Positions 19,035 through 27,118 of a stretch of 64,000 bases of DNA are shown here, one piece after another. This DNA comes from Bdellovibrionales bacterium (GTDB taxonomy: Bacteria > Bdellovibrionota > Bdellovibrionia > Bdellovibrionales > UBA1609). A program made the translations under genes and the position numbers. Location of the stretch: the NCBI GenBank assembly GCA_965203095.1, contig OZ241877.1, forward strand, positions 1,696,001 through 1,760,000. The letters are read 5' to 3'. Numbering within the stretch: position 1 is the first letter of the stretch; each line of letters starts with the position of its first letter. Below the pieces are notes generated by a model. That model saw nothing but the letters and a program-made list of their open reading frames with translations. It made no database searches and was not told where the DNA came from.

Positions 19035-19907
19035 TCAAAAATGAGGAGTCCAACTATCAAGCAGTTTATCCTCTTCGTCATTGATTATTTCTTCTATATC
19101 CTCAGAATAGCTTAAAACAGTCAATGTTTTTCCATAAGAACCAAGTTTTTGAACCTCCTCCTTAACCGGAAACGATTTGTTGCCTCCTAACCAATCTCTA
19201 ACATCAATTTCATCCTCTTCATACTCTGTTTGAGGAGATTGTTTTGACTTTTTATTAAGTTTTGCTGTTAGTGAATGAGCGGGCACTAAGGATTTTTTAG
19301 TTGGCCATGAGATTTCCGGCAGGGATTTCATGGATTGAGAGAGAAAACAAAAATCAATTTTTGTTCCTTCATTCACTATAACAGCAACAGCATCTTCAGA
19401 CAGAACAGCGTATTTAATGGCAGAAGAGATAAGAGAGGTTTTACAAGATTCTGCAATTTTCTTTATAGCAACAATGCCCGGAAGGTTTTTTTTGATTATA
19501 GGTTGAATCAGGGTCTCCGGCATTAGCAAGCCGGAGGCAAAATGATCTGCTTCCATTTCATAAGAATCACTGGAAATAAATCCAGCAGATGATTTGTGAA
19601 TACTATTTTTATCAGGCAGAATATGATCCACATGCCCCTCAAGAAAAAAATGTCCTAATTCATGGGCAATGGAAAATCTTTGGAAACCTTCATTTTTAAT
19701 ATGACTGGAATACATAATGCCAAAGTTATTTCCATATCGGAGCAACATACCTGATACTCCTATGGCAGAGTTGTTTTTAGGCACAATAAGAATATTATGT
19801 TTATCAGCTATAGCTGATAGATCAACAGGAAGAGAGTCATCCCCAAATTTTTTTGCAACACTTTCCCCCTTTTGTTTTGCTATTTTCAATTTAAAACTCT
19901 GATTCAT
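19035..19907 (-). CDS. capP: ImmA/IrrE-family metallopeptidase, CapP-like
   Basis: RFSIAHELGHF and EMEADHFASGLLMP. Overlaps the upstream HTH gene (ATGA) and is divergent from CBASS. Confidence 0.8.
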   Translation of the reverse strand: MNQSFKLKIAKQKGESVAKKFGDDSLPVDLSAIADKHNILIVPKNNSAIGVSGMLLRYGNNFGIMYSSHIKNEGFQRFSIAHELGHFFLEGHVDHILPDKNSIHKSSAGFISSDSYEMEADHFASGLLMPETLIQPIIKKNLPGIVAIKKIAESCKTSLISSAIKYAVLSEDAVAVIVNEGTKIDFCFLSQSMKSLPEISWPTKKSLVPAHSLTAKLNKKSKQSPQTEYEEDEIDVRDWLGGNKSFPVKEEVQKLGSYGKTLTVLSYSEDIEEIINDEEDKLLDSWTPHF

Positions 19908-20269
19908 GAATCCTGCTTTTTTTTAACTTGGAATGACTTGTTTCGTTTTGCCAGCATTTTGACAAAATCTCTGGCCAGTTCAAGATCGTTTCCGGCCAGT
20001 TTGCTGAAATCCCTAAACAAAGGATCACCGGGTGCAGACATTTCAGGGCTTTCAACACGACCTAATAGATAATCAGTTGTCACATCCAAGGCTATTGCCA
20101 AGCGACGCAAATTATCAAAAGAGGGTTTTCTTGAGCCAATTTCAAAATGAGCAATAGAGCTTGTTGGCAAATCTGCCTTTTCGGCTAACTCACTTTGTTT
20201 CCATTGACGCATTGCTCTCGCCATTTTAAGCCGTTTTTGGAATTTTTCAGAGGGTTTACTATTGCTCAT
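19904..20269 (-). CDS. capH: XRE-family HTH regulator, CapH-like
   Basis: RLKMARAMRQWKQSELAEKA...IAHFEIGSRKPSFDNLRRLA.ALDVTTDYLLG. Likely ATG at 20269. Confidence 0.8.
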   Translation of the reverse strand: MSNSKPSEKFQKRLKMARAMRQWKQSELAEKADLPTSSIAHFEIGSRKPSFDNLRRLAIALDVTTDYLLGRVESPEMSAPGDPLFRDFSKLAGNDLELARDFVKMLAKRNKSFQVKKKQDS

Positions 20270-20430
20270 AGAAAAAAACCGCCATAAAATACATGTCTGA
20301 CTTGACATATTTATTTTTTATCCCCATTATTGTAAGTAATAACATGGCGAAATCGTCAAATCAAGAGGATTAAAAAAAATGTGTGCATTATCGCAAAAAC
20401 AGGGCTTTTTAGTGGTTGAAAGGGGGTATT

Positions 20431-21510
20431 ATGAACCAAAATAAGCCTTACAGAGTGCTTTCTTTGGATGGTGGAGGTATGAGGGGCTTATATACGGCCT
20501 CAGTCCTTCAAACCCTATCAAATTGCTTTTCTCAGCCCAATAGCGGAAATAAAGATATTGGAAAAGGCTTTGAGCTAATAGTTGGGACAAGCACAGGAGG
20601 AATCCTGGCCTGTGGGCTGGCTGTAGGTGTTCCCATCAATAAAATTGTGGAGCTTTATTTCAAAAAAGGAAAAAAGATATTCACTGACCCTTTTCCTGCT
20701 AAAAAGACTGTAAAAAAAATATGGTGGATAGTTAAAAATAGTCGCAAGGCTGTAAATTCCAATAAAGCTCTGAGCCAAGAGCTAAAAGACATATTTCACA
20801 ATAAAACATTGGGACAGGTTTATAATGAGAGAAAAATTGGCCTGTGTATTACTGCTGTCAATTTAATGGATCATTCTCCCAGAGTTTTCAAAACTCCCCA
20901 TGATCCATTAAAAAATATGGACAATAATAGGAGATTAACGGATATATGTTTGGCCTCTTCCTCTGCTCCCATATTATTTCCCATTGCAAATATTCCTGAT
21001 CCGGAAAGCAGTAATATTTATGAAGGTTTTGTGGACGGTGGTTTATGGGCAAATAATCCTGTTTTAGTGGCTTTGGTGGAAGCTATTATATGTTCTAAAA
21101 AAGAGCAACCGGTGGAAATTATATCCATTGGTTCTTGCTCTCCTCCAAAAGGTCAAACAGTTTTGGAAAAAGACATAAACAAAGGCTTTATAGGATGGCG
21201 GGCGGGTATTGGACCTATGGAGTTGGCAATGGATGCTCAGTCAAAATCCAATCTTTTTGTTAGTGATTTTTTATCTTCTCAGTTAAAAAAATTAGGAAAA
21301 CATATTACAATCTATCGTTTAAAGCAAAAAGCTCCTTCTGCGGAGCAGGTAAAATTTCTTTCTATGGATCAAGCGGATGAGCAAACTTGTTCAATGTTAA
21401 TAAAATGGGGGAAAAAAGATGCAGGGGAAATTTATGGACAGATAATCAGAGAAAATAAAAACAACATATTATACTGGTCTTGTTTGAATTTTCAGGTTTC
21501 GATGACATGA
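20431..21510 (+). CDS. capV: CBASS patatin-like phospholipase effector, C-terminus altered by IS630
   Basis: LSLDGGGMRG, GTSTG and DGGLWANNP. The native last 17 codons (KTIFTNLPNLKGGNNHG*) lie at 22609-22662, beyond the IS. Confidence 0.88.
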   Translation: MNQNKPYRVLSLDGGGMRGLYTASVLQTLSNCFSQPNSGNKDIGKGFELIVGTSTGGILACGLAVGVPINKIVELYFKKGKKIFTDPFPAKKTVKKIWWIVKNSRKAVNSNKALSQELKDIFHNKTLGQVYNERKIGLCITAVNLMDHSPRVFKTPHDPLKNMDNNRRLTDICLASSSAPILFPIANIPDPESSNIYEGFVDGGLWANNPVLVALVEAIICSKKEQPVEIISIGSCSPPKGQTVLEKDINKGFIGWRAGIGPMELAMDAQSKSNLFVSDFLSSQLKKLGKHITIYRLKQKAPSAEQVKFLSMDQADEQTCSMLIKWGKKDAGEIYGQIIRENKNNILYWSCLNFQVSMT

Positions 21511-22606
21511 AAATTATCAGTAATAAGCATGGACAATTCAGCCCTGTATTTTCTAACACCTCTTAAAAACAGCATCAACTCTTTACGAAAAGTTTTAAGA
21601 TCTGAAAAATACACATTAGCCATTGTCTTCTTCTTTACAAATTTCCAAAACCTCTCAATAGGATTCAAATTAGGAGAAAATGGAGGCAAATACAGCAAAG
21701 TAATATCCAAACTTTTCGCTAAATCCCTCACCTGAAAGGCCCTGTTATATGGTGCATTGTCTAAAACCAAATACAACCTTTTATCCCTCATAGGCTGTCT
21801 CGCCCTCACAGCTCGCAATAACTCCTGCATTGAATTTTTATTAACCCTCTCACAGCTTCTACTGACAAAATCTAAACTATTTATCTCTATCGCACCATTT
21901 ATATTCACCCGCTCACGACCTGAATTAGTTTTAACCTTAAACTCCACCCCCTTCTTAATCCAACCCGATGATATTACAGGATTGAGCATAGGATGAGTTG
22001 AATCCGCAAAATACACTAAATCACCTCTCTTTTTTATCCTGCGATATCTTTGAATAAACACCTTCTGCTTCTCAATATCAGCCTTCCCAGGCACACCCTT
22101 TGGCTTCTTATATGAAAAATCTAACTTGTGAAGTAAAGCCGTCATTCCATTCACAGTATAAACAACCCCAAATGTCTTTTGAACATATAAAACAACTGCC
22201 TTTGTTGTGGGATATACCTTTGACTCCAACTCCAAAACCAGTTTCTTCCGTTGTTCCTCAGATAAATACGACATGCGACCTCTATGATCGTCATAAACCA
22301 ACCTCGACAAACCTCCTTCTTCATAACGCCTTTTGCAGTTTCTGATAGTTCCTTCATCAAAAAATAAAAATCTCGCAATATCGGTGACAGACTCTCCACT
22401 ATCCAGCAACAAAATAACCCGGATACGATCCGCTCGCCTACGATTCCTTTCCAAACGAAGAAAAGTTAAAAGCTCTGCTTTTTGCTTGCCAGTTAAAAAT
22501 GAGTTCATAGAAACATATTATAGAACATCCAAAAGATTTGGAAAACTCATAATGCCAAAAACTAAACCTTTATCAAAAAAACTTGATTTTTTAAATCAAA
22601 CCAGTA
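21472..22606 (-). mobile_element. IS630-family insertion sequence, copy 2
   Basis: Same ends and an identical transposase translation (21492-22508) as copy 1. TA duplication at 21470-21471 and 22607-22608. Confidence 0.95.
21492..22508 (-). CDS. IS630-family transposase
   Basis: 338-aa translation identical to 1700-2716. Confidence 0.96.
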   Translation of the reverse strand: MNSFLTGKQKAELLTFLRLERNRRRADRIRVILLLDSGESVTDIARFLFFDEGTIRNCKRRYEEGGLSRLVYDDHRGRMSYLSEEQRKKLVLELESKVYPTTKAVVLYVQKTFGVVYTVNGMTALLHKLDFSYKKPKGVPGKADIEKQKVFIQRYRRIKKRGDLVYFADSTHPMLNPVISSGWIKKGVEFKVKTNSGRERVNINGAIEINSLDFVSRSCERVNKNSMQELLRAVRARQPMRDKRLYLVLDNAPYNRAFQVRDLAKSLDITLLYLPPFSPNLNPIERFWKFVKKKTMANVYFSDLKTFRKELMLFLRGVRKYRAELSMLITDNFHVIET

Positions 22607-22654
22607 TAAAAACAATTTTTACTAATTTGCCAAACCTAAAAGGAGGGAATAATC

Positions 22655-23662
22655 ATGGCTAATATACAAAAGCAGTTAGAGAGATTTCATAAAAATATCA
22701 AGGTTGAATCCAGCGAGTTAATAGAAAAGCGGGATATTATTGAAAAGAAAATAAAAAAATCTCTTTCTGAAGACAATAAACCTATTCCAAATCTTCTGAA
22801 TCAAGGAAGCTATATATATGGAGTGGGAATAAAACCTGCATCAGGAGAAGATTATGATATTGATGTAGGGCTTGATTTTAATATCAAGTCCTCAGACTAC
22901 AATGCGGAAGAAGTCAGAAAATGGGTTTATGATGCAATTAAAAAACACACAGATGAAGTGCAAAGCAAAGGGCCCTGTATTCGGGTTATATATCAGGTAG
23001 GTTATCATGTTGATCTTGTATGCTATGCCAGATATAAGAACAATGATTTAATCGAAAATTTTCAGTTAGCTCATAAAAACGGTTCCTGGATAGCTTCTGA
23101 TCCTAAAAAAATAAAAGATCACATCAAAAAGTCCAGAGAGAGATTTAAAGACACAAAAGACAGCAGTGGCTCAGATCAACTGCAAAGGGTAGTTCGGTAT
23201 CTCAAAAGGCGGAATGATTTAGCTTTTCCAGGTGAATCTAATGACAAGCCTATTGGTTTGGCTATTTTGCTTTACTGTATTGATGCCTTGCGAGATCCTG
23301 TTTATGATTCTCAGGGCAATTTAGATGACTTGCAAGCCCTTATATATATTTCTGAAAGAGCAAAAAACAGTAGTAGAATTTGTGTCAAAAAACCAGATAA
23401 TGGGGAAGATATTTTTAGCAAAATAAGCGAACAAGGAATGGAAAAACTTATCACAAAATTTCAAAAATTACATGAAGCTTTATTGGATGCAAGAAACTCT
23501 AATCATTTAGAGGATGCCTGTAAAATAATGAGAGAGCAGTTTGGAAATGATTTTCCATTGGAAAAAAATAATGAAGATAAAGAGAAAAAAAAGGCTTCTT
23601 TTTTATCATCAGCAGTTCCAAATTATAAAACTCCCATTAAGCCTTATGGACGAACGGAATGA
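22655..23662 (+). CDS. CBASS CD-NTase (cGAS/DncV-like cyclase)
   Basis: NQGSY...DYDIDVG...YHVDLV nucleotidyltransferase motifs, VRYLKR.ND, FGNDFP. Downstream of the patatin gene. Confidence 0.92.
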   Translation: MANIQKQLERFHKNIKVESSELIEKRDIIEKKIKKSLSEDNKPIPNLLNQGSYIYGVGIKPASGEDYDIDVGLDFNIKSSDYNAEEVRKWVYDAIKKHTDEVQSKGPCIRVIYQVGYHVDLVCYARYKNNDLIENFQLAHKNGSWIASDPKKIKDHIKKSRERFKDTKDSSGSDQLQRVVRYLKRRNDLAFPGESNDKPIGLAILLYCIDALRDPVYDSQGNLDDLQALIYISERAKNSSRICVKKPDNGEDIFSKISEQGMEKLITKFQKLHEALLDARNSNHLEDACKIMREQFGNDFPLEKNNEDKEKKKASFLSSAVPNYKTPIKPYGRTE

Positions 23663-24354
23663 CTGAACTTTGGTGGATGACAAAAAAAGAACTTTACAAA
23701 CAAGCTGTTGAAGTTGTCAGCCAATACAAGGGTCTTCGTCACCGTATAGAAAACAACCAATTTATTATTTTTGGAGCTTGGCCTGTATATGGTGATTCAG
23801 ATGGAAAAAAATGGCTTGAGGATTTTCTGATAAAAATTGTTTTTCCTAATAATTACCCGGATGAACTTCCAAAGGTATATGAGACAGGTAATAGGATAAA
23901 AATAAAAACTGTGGATACTCATTTTGATAAAGATGATTCAGCTTGTTTATTTTTTCCAACGGAAAGATATTTACATTTTCCAACAAATGAGCCTTTTCAA
24001 TTTAAAAAATTTTTGGAAGGACCGGTTAAAGGCTTTTTTTTCTCACAGCTCCATTATATTCATTATAAAAAATGGCCCTTTGGCCAGCGTTCACATGACA
24101 TAGAGGGTTTATTGGAATTTTATGGGGAAGAGTTGAATATACCCTGTGACCAAAAGAGTATTTCAATAGCTCTGTCTTATTTGCTAAAACCACAAATAAA
24201 AGGGCACTTGCCTTGCCCCTGTGGGATTGACAAACTAAGAAAATGTCATGTTGAAAAATTCAGACTTTTAAACAATAAAATTCCTAAAGAAGCTATCAAA
24301 AAAGATATAAGTTATTTAGAAAAAAACCTACTGCCATTAGGAGCTTTTTTATAA
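23659..24354 (+). CDS. Ubiquitin E2-like protein with C-terminal SEC-C-like zinc motif (CBASS ancillary)
   Basis: IVFPNNYPDELPKV...THFDKDDSACL fits a UBC fold with catalytic Cys. CPCG..KLRKCH. ATGA-coupled to the cyclase gene. Confidence 0.8.
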   Translation: MTELWWMTKKELYKQAVEVVSQYKGLRHRIENNQFIIFGAWPVYGDSDGKKWLEDFLIKIVFPNNYPDELPKVYETGNRIKIKTVDTHFDKDDSACLFFPTERYLHFPTNEPFQFKKFLEGPVKGFFFSQLHYIHYKKWPFGQRSHDIEGLLEFYGEELNIPCDQKSISIALSYLLKPQIKGHLPCPCGIDKLRKCHVEKFRLLNNKIPKEAIKKDISYLEKNLLPLGAFL

Positions 24355-24643
24355 ATAGTCCCTTGTGAAAAAGCATATTTTTTTTCTGTTTAGTTTGGCT
24401 ACCGTGAACCTTGCCAGAAGGCCCCCCGGCTTTCTGGCTCCCGTGAAAGCGGGAATCCATAAAAACTTATTCAGAACAGAACAACTTGGACCTTCAGCAA
24501 TAGGTTGTTGCTTATGCAATCTGTTAAATATAGACTTTTCCATAGGCAGGCAGTTAATTATTTCCTCATAACCTCAAAATAGCTTAAAATAGTCAATGTT
24601 TTCCCATTAAAACCAGATCTAATAGGGCTTGTCAATAAGTTTT

Positions 24644-24760
24644 TTAAGTATCCCAAGCTCCCGGAGCCTTCCAATATTTTGGCAAAAGTTTTTTTCTGGA
24701 TATGTTTAAAAGCCTTTGTCTCACAGAGGCTGGAATATTTTTAATTTGTTTTTTTGTCAT
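24644..24760 (-). pseudogene. AbiEii-type nucleotidyltransferase toxin, internally deleted (38 aa)
   Basis: ATGA-coupled to abiEi. Translation MTKKQIKNIPASVRQRLLNISRKKLLPKYWKAPGAWDT* has the ASVRQRLLN start typical of AbiEii proteins. Confidence 0.7.
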
Positions 24761-25377
24761 ATTATGCTTTCTATATAGGGCTTTATGATATTTTCAACAC
24801 GGCATATTTTTGCATATTTAATCAATTTTGTAGGATTAAATGTTTTTCTTTCTCTATAAAAAGCCAAAGCCTCTAATACAATATTCATGCCGATTTTATT
24901 TCTAAATTTAAAACAATCCACTATTGTTTTTTCAGGATCATATATTTTAACAGGGATTTTATCAAAAGTATATTTGTCAGCACCTGAAGAAAAACTTCTG
25001 TTAGAAAATTGATGAATAGAAACAGGAGGATAATTTATTCTGGTTCTATGAGCACCTCGTTTTATAGCTATCCAAACTTTATGAGGAATCTGTGTCGTTA
25101 AGTTATGAAAAGCCAAAGCGGAAATTAAACAAATCACTCCATTAGGAACTCTCAAAGCCACTGTTACAAAATCAGAATGAGAAATCTTATTTTGTTTTAA
25201 TTTATATAAACCATAGGAAATTTGCTCTAAAACTCCTTTATTTCTCAAGTTGTATAAAGTTCTTGGATGAATATGCTTTTTTATAGCTGTATTGGCCCTT
25301 ATAATACCCCTATTGGCTTTTATAATACGAATAGCATTTTTTTCTTTAATAGTGTTCATGGATAAAATCCTCTTCAT
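24757..25377 (-). CDS. abiEi: Type IV TA antitoxin, AbiEi-like
   Basis: LEQISYGLY, GVICLISALAFHNLTTQIP, IYDPEKTIVDCFKFRNKIG. Confidence 0.85.
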   Translation of the reverse strand: MKRILSMNTIKEKNAIRIIKANRGIIRANTAIKKHIHPRTLYNLRNKGVLEQISYGLYKLKQNKISHSDFVTVALRVPNGVICLISALAFHNLTTQIPHKVWIAIKRGAHRTRINYPPVSIHQFSNRSFSSGADKYTFDKIPVKIYDPEKTIVDCFKFRNKIGMNIVLEALAFYRERKTFNPTKLIKYAKICRVENIIKPYIESII

Positions 25378-25507
25378 TTATTTGTATATGGGTATAATTT
25401 TATCCATATTTAAAATAAAATCAAGAATAAAGTTGAAAAATTATCAGGAAAAGTCCTGTTTTTTGTATTGACCCCTATTTTTAGCTATCTTTTGCAAACA
25501 AGGGTTA

Positions 25508-25695
25508 AGGGCAGTTGAAATTCAAGAGACAAACTCAAAGGCAATGTCTCTATGAGCAAAAATCCCTCTCTTTCTACTTGATTTTGAAATAATCTCTATA
25601 GTGTGTTTTTAATCCATTTTTTTAGGGCCAAAACAAAAGCATTTCCTTCAGTAGATTCTTAAAACTGGTCGAATTCGACCAGTTTAAAAAAGGAT
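25508..25695 (-). pseudogene. KilA-N domain relic
   Basis: Minus strand reads KLVEFDQF*ESTEGNAFVLALKKWI..(frameshift)..IISKSSRKRGIFAHRDIAFEFVS*IS, the KilA-N pattern with two stops and a frameshift. Confidence 0.75.
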
Positions 25696-26775
25696 TTAAA
25701 AAGGAATATCAAAATCTTTATCCTTTTCCTGTTCTTTTTTCAAATTTATTTTTTCTATCTCTGATTGTTCTCTGGTTTCTAAGGAAGTTTCTTGATGAGA
25801 GTTTTTTTCATTTTGATCTGTTGGCTGTGGTGGATGTTTTTTAAAAAATTCTTCCATTTTTTTCTCGATATTCTGGACTTCTTTTATTTTGCTATTTTGC
25901 CCCCAATATTTTTGAATTTCACTTATGAAGTGAGCATCTATTTGCTTAGTTTTAAACTCCATAAGTTGATCCAAAACACTTCCAGCCATTTGTGTATTGC
26001 TGGAACTAAGAAAGTTATTTGTTAATTTTTTAACAGTTTTCTGAAGTTTAGGCCGGGAAATATGATATAAAATTTCCTGCGGATCAAAAATATACTCTTC
26101 TATCTGATGGACTGAATCTTCAGGGTTTTTGAAGGGTTTGGCTTGAAGATGCCTAATAAAACCATAAGGACTGGTGTTATCCAATGTGAATTGAAATATA
26201 GGGATCTCTCGATGAACCGCCATACCCATCTCTTGATCACAATAATTTGAAGACTTAAAATCTTTTGAGAGAAAGGCTATTAAGCCATGGCAACATTCTA
26301 AATATTTTTTTATTTCTTTTTCCCATTTTTTAGAGAGTTTAATACTTTTATGAGCTATAAAACATTCTATCCAGTCAGTTTTTTCTAAAATATTTTTTAC
26401 CGGGATAATTTTATCTAAATCTTTATAGGAATGGCTGAAAAATAAAACCAGCTTATCTGTTGATAAATGATATAAAGGATTTTCTTCTTCTAAAAAGTCT
26501 ATCTCTTCGGCCTCTTCAGGAAACTGGTCTTTATACATTTCATAAATTATTTCATTATCCAAATTTTGGATAAACTCTAATATGTTTTTTTCTGAGAAAC
26601 TTATATGACCTGACCTTCTAACATCACCCCAATCAGTATGCTCCATTTCATAAAGTGAATCATTGTCTTCCGTATACTCTTTAAGAAAAAAGAATCCTTT
26701 AGTTTCACCCATATTTATAACTTTTTCTGTGAGTTTTGGGATAATTTCAAATCTTTGTCCTTTAGTTAAATTCAT
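25696..26775 (-). CDS. TIR-domain protein
   Basis: LFFSHSYKD, IAFLSKDFKSSNYCDQEMGMA (catalytic Glu retained), PYGFI. Unknown N- and C-terminal regions. Confidence 0.85.
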   Translation of the reverse strand: MNLTKGQRFEIIPKLTEKVINMGETKGFFFLKEYTEDNDSLYEMEHTDWGDVRRSGHISFSEKNILEFIQNLDNEIIYEMYKDQFPEEAEEIDFLEEENPLYHLSTDKLVLFFSHSYKDLDKIIPVKNILEKTDWIECFIAHKSIKLSKKWEKEIKKYLECCHGLIAFLSKDFKSSNYCDQEMGMAVHREIPIFQFTLDNTSPYGFIRHLQAKPFKNPEDSVHQIEEYIFDPQEILYHISRPKLQKTVKKLTNNFLSSSNTQMAGSVLDQLMEFKTKQIDAHFISEIQKYWGQNSKIKEVQNIEKKMEEFFKKHPPQPTDQNEKNSHQETSLETREQSEIEKINLKKEQEKDKDFDIPF

Positions 26776-27072
26776 TCCTCCTCCTTTTTATATCGTTTTT
26801 TTTGAACATGCCTGCCTTCTCTATGTCTTTTTTAAGTGAATTTCCTCCCGGATTGGCCTACTCCTAACAAGTAGGCAGGCAAAACCAACTTAATCTATAT
26901 CTATACATATCGGCTCCTGTCAAGCTTTTTAGCAAACTGAGCGGAAAAAACGGAGATTGCTGGATTCCCGCTCAAGGCGGGAATGACTTGTTTCGTGGGA
27001 GTGACTGTAAAGGTAGACAGGGAAGTCTTACCGGTATTTCACAGGGTTTTTCACAGGCGACTGAATAAAGGC

Positions 27073-27100
27073 TTGCTTTATAGGGGAAAACCTTTATAAT
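27073..27100 (+). promoter_or_regulatory. Candidate sigma70 promoter of the AlbA gene
   Basis: TTGCTT-N16-TATAAT ending 18 bp upstream of ATG 27119. Confidence 0.5.
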
Positions 27101-27118
27101 AGAGGAAAAGGCAGAAAA

